Notes under the pieces: model-generated
The model's database searches: none
What the model saw: the letters and a program-made list of their open reading frames with translations, nothing else
Told to the model about the DNA's origin: nothing
DNA from: Azolla caroliniana
Taxonomy: Eukaryota; Plantae; Polypodiophyta
NCBI GenBank assembly: GCA_043228905.1
Contig: JBHGNT010000011.1
Span: 14,322,001-14,386,000, forward strand
Direction of reading: 5' to 3'
Length of the DNA stretch: 64,000 bases
Part shown: positions 9,704 to 22,254 of the stretch, piece by piece
Layout of the letters: every line of letters begins with the position of its first letter
How positions within the stretch are numbered: the stretch's first letter is position 1
Program-made: the position numbers and the translations under genes

Positions 9704-12532
9704 ATATTATTAAATACAACATTTAAGCTCATTTTTATATCGTGAAGCACATTCTTCACGACAACGTGAGCAAAGGCTTACTCGACGCAATTCATTGCAA
9801 TGTATGGGAACTAGCTCAAACGGCTACATTCGGGGGATGCGGATACTACGTGGCCTTCATTGATGACTTCTCGAGGCACACCTGTATCTACCCCATGCGG
9901 CAAAAGAGCGAAGTGTTTGGACAATTCCAAAAATTTAAGAATGAAGTCGAGAAAGCCACAGGCCGACATGTACGATGTCTTCAGTCAGATGGAGGAAAAG
10001 AGTACTTCTCTGACGAATTTTCGGCTTTTCTATGGAAAGAAGGAATTTGGCGAGAGTTTTCGTGTTGACATACACCACAACAAAATGGAGTAGCCAAATG
10101 AAAGAATCGACACATCCTCGAAGTAGCACAGGCCATGATGAACGCAAAGCACCTGCCGAAGTCATTGGGCCAAAGCAGTGAATACTGTCATCTGCCTAAT
10201 GAACGGGTGTACAACATTCAGCGTGCATGAGGTTACCTTGCACGAGAAGTTTTTCGGAAAGAAGCCCAATTTATCACATGTTCGGATATTTAACTCCATT
10301 GCATACGTGCACATCCCCAACGAGAAGCGACAAAAGCTCGACCCGAAGTCGGAGAAATGTATCCTCGTAGGATACTCACTGGAGCAATAGGGCCACAAAT
10401 GCTATAACCCCTCTACTTGAAAAGTTTGAGTAAGTCGAGATGTCGTTTTCGACAAGTCAACATCCTGGTACACACCAGAGACTATATCAAGTTTGATCCC
10501 GCACGACCCGAAATCCACCAAACAAGAGATAAAAGATGGAGATCAACTCGAACACATGTTCGAAGAAAGTCTAATTACGACAAGGCTTAGTGGGCCACAA
10601 GAGCCCCAGAGCGACCAAAGCACATCTTGGCCTAGTTCGAAGCTGGATAAAGGGAAGACCAAAATGCCGGAATACGAAGATCAGATTGAAATCGAGTCGA
10701 CTCACTCCCTCGATAGTGAGTTCAAAGGCCTCAACATACGGACAAATGGAGCGAAGAAAGCCTTAGTATTTGCAAACGAGATGCTCCGCCGATCCACCCT
10801 AGAAAAGAACCCGATAAGCCGATTTGGCTATGATAAGTATATGGCGTACCATTACGATTTTATGATGAAGGCAACAACTGCACGAAAGCCGGAAATGTTT
10901 TACGAAGCTACGAAGGACCCCAAATGGGTTGAAGCGATGAATGAGGAGATGCAAGCACTCTCCAAAAACGAGACATGGGATCTCGTTCCCCACTCACCGC
11001 AGAAGAAGGAAATTGGCTACAGATGGATTTATAAGGTGGAGTATAATGTTGATGGCTCCGTCAACCGCCTCAAAGCTCGACTCGTAGCAAAAGGATACGC
11101 ACAGACACATGGAATCGACTACGAAGAGACATTTGCCCCGGTGGCAAAGATGACAACTGTGCGGACCGTAATCGCACTCACAGCAGCGAAAGGGTGGCAT
11201 CTCCACCAGATGGATGTCAATAACACCTTTCTTCAAGGAGAATTGGAAGAGGAGATGTACATGGTATAACCACCTAGCTTCGAATCCAACATTCATCCGA
11301 AAACCGTCTACCAACTAAAGAAGCCTCTCTACAGCCTTAAGCAAGCATTGCGTGCTTGGCATTTGAAGATAACGCAATATCTTCATCAAATCGGCTTTCG
11401 AATGTCGAAATCCGACAACTCCCTCTACGTACGAAACGACTCAGGAACCCCAATTGTCATCATCCTATACGTAGATGATCTGGTCATTCGAGGTGAAAGT
11501 GTAGTTGACATCAACGAGGTCAAGTTCCGCCTCTCCAGCAAATTCGAGATGGCGAACATGAAGGAGGTCCATTACTTCCTTGGAATCGAAGTAATTCGAG
11601 TTCTGACCGGCATTATGATCTCTCAAGGACACTACATCCTCAACTTGTTATACAAGTTCGGGTTGGCTGAGTGCAAATCTATGGCAACCCCTCTCGATCA
11701 AAACCTCAAAATAGATGTCGATTCTGGCACAGACGAGTGCGAGCCGACTCAATATCGTCAACTAATCGGGAGCCTCATCTATCTCACGATCACTCAACCC
11801 GACCTTAGCTATCCAATCGAACTCCTTAGTCAATTCATACAAACTCCGTGAGATATCCATTTCGATTGCGTTGAGTATTACGATACGTGAACGACACAAT
11901 GGATTACGACATTCTCTACAAATCGGCGACACCAATTCGACTCGAAGGGTACGCGGATGCCGACTAGGCCGGCTACAAAGCCGATCGACGATCAACCTCT
12001 GGTTTTGTCTTCTCCCTTGGCAGCGAAAAGATTTTGTGGAGTAGCAAAAAGCAATCGATCATCGCTCTTTCGAGTACGGAGGCTGAATACAAGGGCACAA
12101 TCGTAGTTGCATATGATGTCGTATGGCCCAAGAGGATTTTGAAGGATCTGGGTGTTCCCATCAAGGATCTGACTCCCCTCTACTATGACAACATGGGTAG
12201 TATTTATCTGGGTGTTCCATGCACGCACAAAGCATATCCAAGTGCACTATCACTTCATTCGAGAGCGTGTTCAAGCCAGAGACATTGACCTTCAACACAA
12301 CAACACAAATCTTGAAACAACCGACATCTTCACCAAAGCCCTAGGATCCAACAAGCTTCGGCAATTCATGTTAAACCTTGGATTGACGACCCCTGACTTG
12401 CCAAGCTTGAGGGGGAGTACAAGCGAGAACCAGATACCGTCTGCACCGGGTATGAGCCGAAGCAGACACTGGAGATCATTCGAAACGGACATCAACCGAA
12501 AGGAACCAACCCGAGTTGAGCTTGAGGAGGCG

Positions 12533-12985
12533 TGTTGAGAATCAAGCTCAATATAGTGCAACATGTGAACACAACCATTGAGAATCTATAATCACTCAAA
12601 GGTCAAGAGTGACACCATTACTCTTTACACATTAACTATTTATCATAGAATCATATTCTATGACACATAACTAATGAGTTCCATATTCCCCATGACTATA
12701 GTCTTCACATTCCCCAAGAGAGAGTAGTTGTTGTAGTGAGTTAATGAAGAGAGAGGGTGACCTTATATAAAGCACCCTTCTCTTACTTCATACTAAGTCG
12801 ATTGTGACTCCTTGTAATGCTACATTTTGTATTTGCTATTGTACTCAAGTGAATATACATCTTCTTCTTCTTGAGTATTTCATTTCTCTAGCTTATCATC
12901 TTGTGTTTCTCTTCTCTCATCTCTTTTCTCTCACACATAACACACATCTCTTCCGCTACACAAGAATCATATCTGATTCTTTACA
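12533..12985 (+). repeat. 3' LTR of copia #3
   Basis: TGTTGAGAATCAAGCTC...TTCTTTACA after the PPT. Homologous to the solo LTR at 28051-28438. Confidence 0.9.
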
Positions 12986-13978
12986 ATAACAAAGCATGGA
13001 CTATTATATACTTCAAATGAGGAAATACTGGTAGGATTGTATATTAATAGTTTCCACAATAAATATATTCATTATGAGATCCAATTCATTAACCAAAAAC
13101 TTTTGGAGAAGTGATGGAAAGTGCCAACATTCTATTTGACACAAAAGCTTGTTACCAACCAAAAGAGTCGAAAGGAGAAAGCGATAAACGTAGACACCAA
13201 CCTTCCCTGATAAGTCAAGGCGACAATGCTAAAAGGCGGGTGATAATTTGCAATTTTTGTAAGAAACTTGGGCATAAAGCTAACGAGTAACGAGTGTAGG
13301 CAGAAAAAGGAGAGTGGTAACTCCAACAATCCATAAAGAAAGCCATCAACTTCCAATAATCCAACTTCCAAGTATGTTCTTGAATTATTTGAATTCTGTT
13401 AGTTCTATTGTATTACAAAAATAATAATCTTGGACCGCATGATTTACTTAAAATGTATGGGACTATCCACAATCAAGTTGTAACTATACTATTTGATTGT
13501 GGTAGCACTCATAATTTTCCTGATTCTAATATGGTGCATATGCTACGAATAAAAACAACCAAAAAATGACCATGACTACAAAGTCCTTATTGCAGGAGGG
13601 CATGTCCATAGGCATTCATTAATTGTACATGGTGTACCCCTAGTAATAAATAACTACACTGAAAAGTTGACTTTTCATGTAATGCATTTACGAAGGGTAG
13701 ATGTAGTTCTTACTTACATATGGTTTTATAATAGACATAGTCTTGATATCGATTGGTTGGATCATACTATAATTTCTTTTGAAGGGAATAACAACCAACA
13801 AGTTTTTATTCATGGGATTGCGATAAATAATTTAATGTCTGTTAATCATCTTTATGCTTATGATAGAAATGTCGATGCACAATTTTATGTGTGTATATTA
13901 CAACCCAATGATCCTCTGTATCAATTTGTAGATAAGAGTTCATTGGATGATTTTGAGAAAGATGCTCTACATGACATC

Positions 13979-14387
13979 TGTCATGAACACATGACCATTA
14001 TGGCGTCACTCGGACTTGAACCTCGAACCTTGTAATTCATACTTGAAAACCTCAACCATTAAGATAGCTTATTGTTATATGAAACAATAAAAGCTACTTC
14101 TTGTATTACATTGATTATTGTAAAAACTCTAGATTATTCTAGAATGTTCTAGAATGTCCTAGAGCATTCTAGGTCTAGAACATTCTAGAACATTCTAGAA
14201 ATCTCTAAGCTATTCTATAGGAACCTATAAATAAGCGCATACATGTATTCTCAAATCAATTCGAATCAACACCAGTCTTTAGCTCTCATTACATATCTTG
14301 TATCCATTCTCTTTCTTTCTCTATCTTATACATACATTCTTCTCTATCCTTCTTCCATCACTCTATCTTTTATCCTTGGTTCTGACA
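13979..14387 (+). mobile_element. Solo LTR, family A copy 2, inserted in gypsy pol
   Basis: TGTCA...TGACA termini. Perfect 5-bp TSD acatc (13974-13978 and 14388-14392). Same antisense tRNA-like module, HSE array (14137-14200) and TATA (14226). About 35 bp shorter than copy 1. Confidence 0.93.
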
Positions 14388-15011
14388 ACATCTTGTCGCA
14401 TTTTAAGGACTTATTCCCGGATAAGTTACCTCAAGGATTACCTCCTTCGTGGTCTATAGATCATAAGATAAACTTGGTTCCAGGCGACAAACCTGTGAGC
14501 ATACCCCCTTATCAGTTGAGTCGAACCGAAGAGGATGAAACTGCCCGACAAATCAAGGATTACTTGAGGATGGGACACATCTGGTACAACAAATCGCCAT
14601 GGGGAGCTCCCATCATCTTGGCCAAGGAGAAGGATAGAACTTGGCGAATGTGTGTAAATTACAAGGGTTTGAATAAACTCACCATTCGCAATTCCTACCC
14701 TTTGCCTCGTTCTGATGACTTGATAGATAGACTACAATATATTTTATTAAGATAGATTTGCGCACTAGCTATCATTAGATCAAGATTTCAGAAGAAGATG
14801 TTTCCAAAACAACTTTCCGAACTCATTATGGTCATTATGAGTTTCAGGTTCTACCATTTGGGTTGATTGATGCTCAAGCCACATTCCAACAATTGATGAA
14901 TGATATATTTAGAGATCAGCTAGGCGATTTCGTGGTCGTATTCCTTGATGACATCATGATATATAGTAACACATTTGAGGATGATGCGCTTCATGTCTGA
15001 ATAGTTTTGGA

Positions 15012-15277
15012 CATAGTATGAACCATATGTGCATTTGCATTCGTGAATGATTCAATCATTTGAGTATGGTAAACACCCTAGAAGAATGACAAATACCATA
15101 CTTTTGGATTAATTGTTTATCATGAGGTAAATAAACATAAAAAAAGGAAAAAAAAACTTTAAAAAATGGGAAAAAAATAACAAAAAAACACAAGAATGTT
15201 TGAATAACATTTGCATTCATTTTCCAACATAGGAAAATGAATGTTATGCTAGACGAACACAAATTTTACGTACTATG
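15012..15277. mobile_element. hAT-type MITE inserted in gypsy RT
   Basis: 8-bp TSD gttttgga (15004-15011 and 15278-15285). Imperfect TIRs CATAGTAYG. AT-rich non-coding interior. Confidence 0.85.
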
Positions 15278-16561
15278 GTTTTGGACAAGCTTCGTGAATA
15301 CGAGCTATTTGCCAAACTATCTAAATGTGATTTCTTTCAAAAGGAAGTTACATATCTTGGACACCACATATCTAGGTCGGATGTGTCTATCAATAAATCT
15401 AAGATAGGAGCGGTATTAAATTGGCCACAATCTTCATATGTTAAGGATCTACAATCTTTCTTAGGATTTGTTGGACTCCTAAGAATATCTCTTCAAAACT
15501 ATTCATCCTACATTGCACCATTTACGGACTTATTGAAGGATATTACAAGAACTTATTGAAGGGAATGCCTCTCTTGAAGAAACCTTCAATAAGTTGAAGT
15601 CATTAATTGTGAATGAACCTACTTTAGCTATACCTGATTCTAATCAAACATTTGAAGTTGAGATGGATGCAAGTGATTATGTTATTGGGATTTCATTATT
15701 TCAAATTGGGAGACCAATTGCTTTTGAAAGCAAATAATAGGATTCGGCCCAAAGAAATTACTCAATTCAAGAAAAAGGATTATTTGCTATCATATATGCC
15801 TTGAAAAAATGGCGACATTATTTGTATGGTAGTAAATTTGTTGTTTTAACAGACCACAAATCCTTGCAATACTTCCTCTCTCAAAAGAATTTCGAGGGTC
15901 GAAGGCAAGATAGGCGGAGTTGATGCAGGACTTTGATTTCAAAATTAGATATAAAAAAGGGGCTTTGAATTCCGTTGCAAATGCCCTAGGTCGTATTCCA
16001 GAAATTAATGCCCTAAGTTTCATTGAATTTAACGACTTGTTTGATTTGATCCGGGGTAAACAAAAATACCTTGATGACAGAACAATTTCCAAGTTCTAGA
16101 AGAGAGCTAAAACAGGTATTGACATCGATTATGGAACCACATCTACCCCGAAGAACCTTTACTATGTTGCGAATGGGTTATTGTACCGCAATAGTAAGGT
16201 TTGTATACCACACATAAAGGACATCAAGAATAAAATTGTTTATGAACGTCATGATGCCCCTTCTACTGGACATCCGGGTGTGCAAAGAACATTGGCTTTG
16301 ATAAAAGCTAGGTTTTTCTGGCCAAAAAATCGAGCACCTGATTTGAGTCGAGTGCTTGACTTGGGATATGACCGGGTGCCTTCAATCAGATAGTAGGGTG
16401 CCTAGTGAGAGAGGTTGTCAGCTTTTTGGATGGGCGCATTTTTTTCCCTAGAGATCAGGCAGTGCAGATTGCGTGCGCTCTCAATTAAGCGCCCTGCATC
16501 GTCTGAGGCTGCGATTCCCTCGCCAAGCCTCTTTATGAATTGTTAGCAGATAGACACAAGC

Positions 16562-16720
16562 TACACACATACATACATACATTACATACATTACATACAT
16601 TACAGACATGCATTACATACATACATTTACATACATTTACATATGTACATACATACATTACATACATACATTACATTCTGATGCAATACAATACAATGCA
16701 TACATGATATCTACATACGG
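16562..16720 (+). repeat. Degenerate (ATAC/CATTA)n microsatellite upstream of the MEA1-like gene
   Basis: catacatacattacatac runs. Confidence 0.9.
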
Positions 16721-16762
16721 ATACATATGCAGAAGGAAGGAGAGTGAAGGAAAGCAGGCGAG

Positions 16763-17679
16763 ATGGCTGTGCCACTGGCAAATGACGGAGAAAGAGGTAC
16801 GCACCCCACCACGCATGTTTCAATGGAAATAAAGAATGCGCACCCCTTTCAATCGTATCAGAGAAGGCCTGCATGACATAGATTTACTTGGCTTTGTTTA
16901 GGGTTTTGGCCATGGATGGATGTGTGCATGCCCTTATGATCCAGTCTTGAAAAGAAAAACCCTGCTTTTTTGTTTTTGTTTTTTTTCCCTGCACAGATCC
17001 AAGTGCAGCAGAAGTAGTAATAGAAGAAGAAGTAGTGGAAATAGGATATGCTCAGATCCACGATAGTGATAGCGACAGTGTCAATGGCAGTGAAGGTTTA
17101 ATACCCGTAGATGATGATGAAGATAGAAGAAGAAGAAGAAGAAGAAGACGTAGCAGAGACAGTGGAATTATCTCTTCTGAAAATGGTGCCCGTGTCATTC
17201 ACATCAATGGCATGGAAATTCATGTCTACGGGCATCTCGAGGGCATGGAGGAAACCCTAAACTACTATAATGACCAACAAACCCAAGATCACAACCATGG
17301 GCAACATACTCTCCTAGATCACAACAATTTGCAGACACTAAATCAAAGTTTTGAGCAAACTTTAAATTTGAACAACGGTGATGTTGCCAGGGGTTGTGGT
17401 GATGATGATGGGGGGAAAGAAGGAGAAGAAGAAGAAGAAGAAGAAGGCCAAAGAGGAAGAGGAAGAGAGAGGGTTAGTGACGCCCTAAAAGTGGTTGAGG
17501 AGGAGGTTCACCACTCCCTTCTTTGGACAGCACCGCTTCCTCCTGCCACATGTGAAACCATCAAGAATGCGATGCAACACATATCTCTGGGTGGATTCCG
17601 ACCCGACTGGGCTGATCACATTCCCGAGGATCAATGGATATCAAGCCTCAAAAATCGCAGAAATTTGAGCTCTCGATGA
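16763..17679 (+). CDS. MEA1 (male-enhanced antigen 1)-like protein, ~238 aa, 2 exons
   Basis: join(16763..16796,16997..17679), GT-AG intron, frame continuous. Acidic low-complexity body. C-terminal APLPPATCETIKNAMQHISLGGFRPDWADHIPEDQW resembles the MEA1 family motif (recognised from memory). Confidence 0.7.
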
Positions 17680-19375
17680 GGTAGAGAATGCGCGTGACAT
17701 TCCAATGCTAAGATAATGCACAAATTGGGATAAAGAGTGTAAAATATATCCATAATAATTCAAAGGCACATGTTTCATTAAGTTTTATTCTATGAATCTG
17801 ATTATATTGGAACTATACCCTTTCTCTAAGTGTTATCAGACACACTGGTGGAAAAAATGCTTGCTTTTTTATTAATCTTTATTATAGTCACCAGATTGAA
17901 ATAATAAGCATGCTTTTCACCAAGCATTATCTTTAAACTCTTCCGATGAAAGAAAATGTATGTTTTTGTCACGGCTTTAGCATACTCAATTGATAAAAAA
18001 TAAAACAAAGATATCATGGTATCATTGTAGACATTTTGTCTGGTATGGTATAAAGGGAGAATGACGGGGTTCATACATATGAACTATGGTACTCTCCTTT
18101 TGAAACTTTGAGTCTAGTACTGTGAATGTGATTATCTTCTAGGGCTGACCTTTCTCTGACTTTTGTAAGTTTTCCAGGCAATCATCCTTTTGAAAATCTA
18201 ATCTTGCATTTCGTTGACATCATTATTTGTATCATCTCAACAAAAATCGATGAGCAAAGTTGAGGAAGTTCATGTAAAACTTTGTTGCATCCAAGTTTAT
18301 AGGAATCATCCACTTGATCACATCATTATTTCATGCATAAAAAGGGAACTTTGGTTATTACTAAAAAAAATGTTTCCTGTACATTATTTTGTTGCATGTT
18401 TTACTATCAAAGTGTTTCTTCTCTTACAAAAAGACTCACTTCTGTAACAAAAAACTGTTACTTTGATTGCGTACCAGTGACACGCGCATGTCTTACGAAT
18501 ACTCACGAACCATAAGATAAGTGGACAACATCAATTTACCTTAGCTTAGCATCGTGGATAAGCCTTGGAATCTATTTGCAATTGTTTCTTACATGATTTG
18601 TTGGACATTCATTGGTTGTCTCACTCACATGTAAATAATGGGTCATGATTTGTTTAGCATATTCAAGGAAGATAGTAGCTTGATATTTGTAATTAAGTGT
18701 ATCATTGGCAACCATTCACTTATTCTTACCTAATTAAGCTAGGAATGCTAAAATCAGTTATCGTAGCTATCTAATGAATTAATTGAGATCTGTCCATAAT
18801 GAAGTGCTCTAATATAGTAATGTGCCACTAATTAACCCACGTTGATTAAGCAATACACCAATGAGATAATACACATTATCTATGTCAATTAATTGGTGAC
18901 ATGTTGTTTGCACACATAAAAGGTATGGCAATACTTGTATGGTAGTTTGGTGATTATACATAAATAGAGTTGCATTCTTATAAATTTCCTGAAAATTGTA
19001 TTTGAAGCATCAATCTAAAATATAGCTATAAACTTTTGCAATGCTATTATTCTTTGTTTGTATAAGAGGAAAGTTCATTATGCTATTTGTCTTGAAGCAA
19101 CATAAGGCATCTATTGGAATAAAGCCATCACAATAGATATTCATTCAATAATGGATTGCTTAAATTGGAAATTTTTGGAAAGAGTTTCATGGAACTTTCT
19201 CTCTGTTCAACAATTATAAAGTTATGGACAGATACCCCCTCTCCTTGTTAAATGCACTCACATGATACAATAGCAGATAGTTGCAAACAATTCTATAAAT
19301 CTGTTTGCGTGTTTCTCCTTGCCTATAAAAACTTCCATTGTATGCCATTCTTTTCAATATTATCCCGCCTTTGAG

Positions 19376-21247
19376 ATGAGTTTGTGGAGGTTCCTTGACG
19401 AGCTTGTTGAAAATGCATCTTTCGGAAATTCTTCAAGGTGAATTTGATTATAATTAGAACCTTTTTATTTTTATTATCTTGTAATTTGATGTATGCTCAT
19501 AACAATGGTTGATCTCTTTGCATTGTTGTATGTAAGTCTATGCATTAAATTGCCTACATTAGTATATGATACTAGTGGTAGAAGAAGACAAAGTGATTGA
19601 ATCAATAGTGTAAGCACAATGTGATAGAAATATATGTCAAGATAGTGTAGGTCAAACATAAATGGGTGCTTGGTTGTAACTTGTGAATACAAAAGCTTTT
19701 TCATACTATGTATAAATGCAATTGAAGTTGAAACCAACATGGAAACAATCACATCTATGTAACTTAAAGGCTTATTCGAAATTAAAATTTCTCTAGCAAG
19801 AGCCCATAAAGTTCTAGTGTATTATGCACCCATAAAATTTAGAATAACCAATGAAGCTTTATAGTCTCAAAGACATACTTGTTATGGAAGAGACATCAAG
19901 ATTCTACAATTTAAGGAACAATGCCAATTTGCAAGCTTTTAATACGAGGGGCCACTACTCACATCCCACTAGTAGATTTAGTGGTGAAAAAATTGGACTC
20001 AAAAACTTTTGCCACATTAAAATATTCAGATTTAAAGGAGAATACGACCTAAATTTGACAATGTTTAGTTTCTAAGAAGTATAATGTGGTTTGCCACTAC
20101 ATTTAAACCTTGCTAAAAAAATTTATTTCTTAAACATTTCAGACATGAAGTGACTAATTTGCACAACCTATTGCACAATGAGGATGATTATGGGGATAAT
20201 AGAGTGAGGGACATTATCATAACTAGGTCGTTGGAGCATGATGAGAGTAAACTTTTAATCAATGTGGATGCGGTCTTGAGGGCGTGTAAGGAAGAAGTGT
20301 GGAGTAGAAGTAATGAAAATTATGATGATGCAAGTCAATGCCCAATTTGTTTAGAGAATTTGGAAGTGAATGCGAGAACCTTGAGGCTTCCATGTGATCA
20401 TGTTTTCCATCGAGAGTGCATTGTCCCTTGGATCGAAGGTCACCATGACAGTTGCCCAGTGTGTAGAGCTCAAATACTTACAACCAATGAATCATTGCAT
20501 CACCAATCATTCGTTGAGGAATCCATTAATGATACGGTAAATTTGCCGCTCACACATCACATTCCTATCATCGTCCCCACAACTCCTTTAGCCTCTTCTA
20601 CAAGAGACTTTATTATTCCCACCTCTGATCAAAATACTTATCCTCAAACTACGTATGTCCTTGATGCTCACCGGCATCCTCATCATTTACACCACATGAC
20701 ATATGATGTGCCAGTGATTCCTGGCCCACAAGGCACACATGTTCATAATGTGTTAGTGACTCCTAGCCCACAAGGAAATCTACCAATGGTTCCTAGCCGA
20801 CAAAATATACATGTTCATGATGTGTTAGTGACTCCTAGCCCACCAAGTAGACATGCCCATGATGTGCCAGTGTTTCCCAATACATTGGATAGACAAATCT
20901 ATGATGTGCCAATTACTCCTAATCAACTAGGTAGTCATGTCCATGATTTTCCATCTTCCAGGAGAGATGTGATAATGCGACCCAATGATCGCGGAAGCAA
21001 TCTTCCAATTTTGTTTCATCACTCTTCCAATAATACACCTAATTGGAATAGAGAAGATGGTTCTATGGCATCAAACCATCCACGGTTGACATACAACCAT
21101 GGAAGAAATCACCCACCCTTTTTTTATAACTTTTTCAATCATATGCCAAATGCAAATATAGGAGATAGTTCCACAACATCAAATGATATTCTCATCGCCA
21201 TGGTTGATCTACAAACCTTATTTCAAAAATTACACCTCATGAGATGA
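19376..21247 (+). CDS. RING-H2 zinc finger protein (putative E3 ubiquitin ligase) with His/Pro-rich repeats, ~388 aa
   Basis: join(19376..19437,20143..21247) in frame. CPICLE...LPCDHVFHRECIVPWI...SCPVC is C3H2C3. TATA ctataaaa at ~19323. Exon 1 is inferred. Confidence 0.8.
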
Positions 21248-22254
21248 TTTGAGGTAACATGTTTTAATAGAAAATGTTGTAACTTCTCATTTCTAAACTA
21301 GTTTTATATTTTGTTATTTGTATGAGAGTTCTTCAATATTTTTCTTGCAATGTTGCAATTTTTTTCACGCATGGTGTCATGTTTCTTTCTTTACAAGAAG
21401 ATTGCATCTAAGTTTATGGCAAAAAGACAGATTCCCACATGAACTTATTAAGAACAAATGCAAGGTACATAAATCAAGATCAGATAGGGAAATAATGACA
21501 TTTATGAAACAAAATCCTTGTGGGAACTTAAGAGCAAAACATAATTTACAATATTCCATCTCGGTAATAAGAAATCAGGCTAACAAGCATACAGTAGCAT
21601 GCCTGTTCATCAAAGCCATTATTGCCAAAAACATTACAAAGTTCAGAATTTTAATTGTCTATATATTTATGTACAACATATATATATAAATGCGTGTTTG
21701 TTCATTATCTAGACTCACGAGCAAAACATAGTTTACAGTGCTTGTCTTGGCGACAAGATTCTGCTTAACTATTCAGGATCCATCCAATCTTTGAATCCAG
21801 TAAATCTTGATGTAGTGATACACGGAAAGATCTTGACACCAGCTAGGTTGCCAGTGGCACAGACTTCCTATGTTTGAATAGCCGCCCTTCTAAAAATAAA
21901 GAAGAAGAAGAAAAAATTTAAAACATCACTAAATCTAGAAGGATTTAATCAATATTCTTTAATCATATAGAAACATATTCAAATTCATTTAGATTCACAT
22001 GTATAAGAAGATTGATACATGCTTATGTGCTCATTACCCAAGATCAACTAATGTAATGTAAAATTTCCCTAATCATTTGCAATACTATTATGATGGTATG
22101 AAGAAATATTCCTTCAACGAAGGATGAAATATTGTTTCTCCTATATACTCAAAGCATGTACAGAAAGAAAGGGATTATTGTACATGTATATGTGTCACAG
22201 ACAAAACTTCCAACAGATTCACAAGCACAACATAGAGTTCGATGTACTTGTTCC

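Larger units (their letters stand above)
8816..9763 (-). mobile_element. Solo LTR, family B, inserted in copia #3 integrase
   Basis: TGTCG...CGACA termini. 4-bp TSD acgt (8812-8815 and 9764-9767). Host frame ERN|VSKGLLDAIH is restored on removal. TATA cttatataaaggg on the minus strand ~9321-9333. Confidence 0.85.
7651..12985 (+). mobile_element. Ty1/copia LTR retrotransposon #3 (gag interrupted by copia #2; PR-IN-RT-RH; 3' LTR), decayed
   Basis: gag SITSYTWKIKELCDSL, CGYCGKLGHHEEEC knuckle, PR WFVDSGASNHM, IN LQSDGGKEY, RT YVDDLVI, RNase H SSTEAEY/KHIQVHYHF. PPT gagcttgaggaggcg at 12518-12532. Many stops and frameshifts. Confidence 0.95.
12986..16328 (+). mobile_element. Ty3/gypsy retrotransposon remnant (gag knuckle, PR, RT, RNase H, start of IN), heavily decayed
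   Basis: CNFCKKLGH knuckle ~13250, PR LFDCGSTHNF ~13490, [35 protein letters not shown] and VFLDDIMIYS, RH DASDY, IN zinc region HDAPSTGHPGVQRT. Order RT-RH-IN is gypsy. Confidence 0.9.

Noticed and set aside
9500-9710. Functional tRNA genes
   Set aside because: A/B boxes and a T-arm are present, but I could not fold acceptor or anticodon stems. Reported as tRNA-like modules only.
79-14387. The two family A LTRs as the ends of one 14-kb element
   Set aside because: Each has its own TSD and interrupts a different host ORF. No PBS or PPT is adjacent.
16329-16405. Helitron 3' end (CTAG|T) at the TE block boundary
   Set aside because: No GC-rich subterminal hairpin is visible. Origin unresolved.
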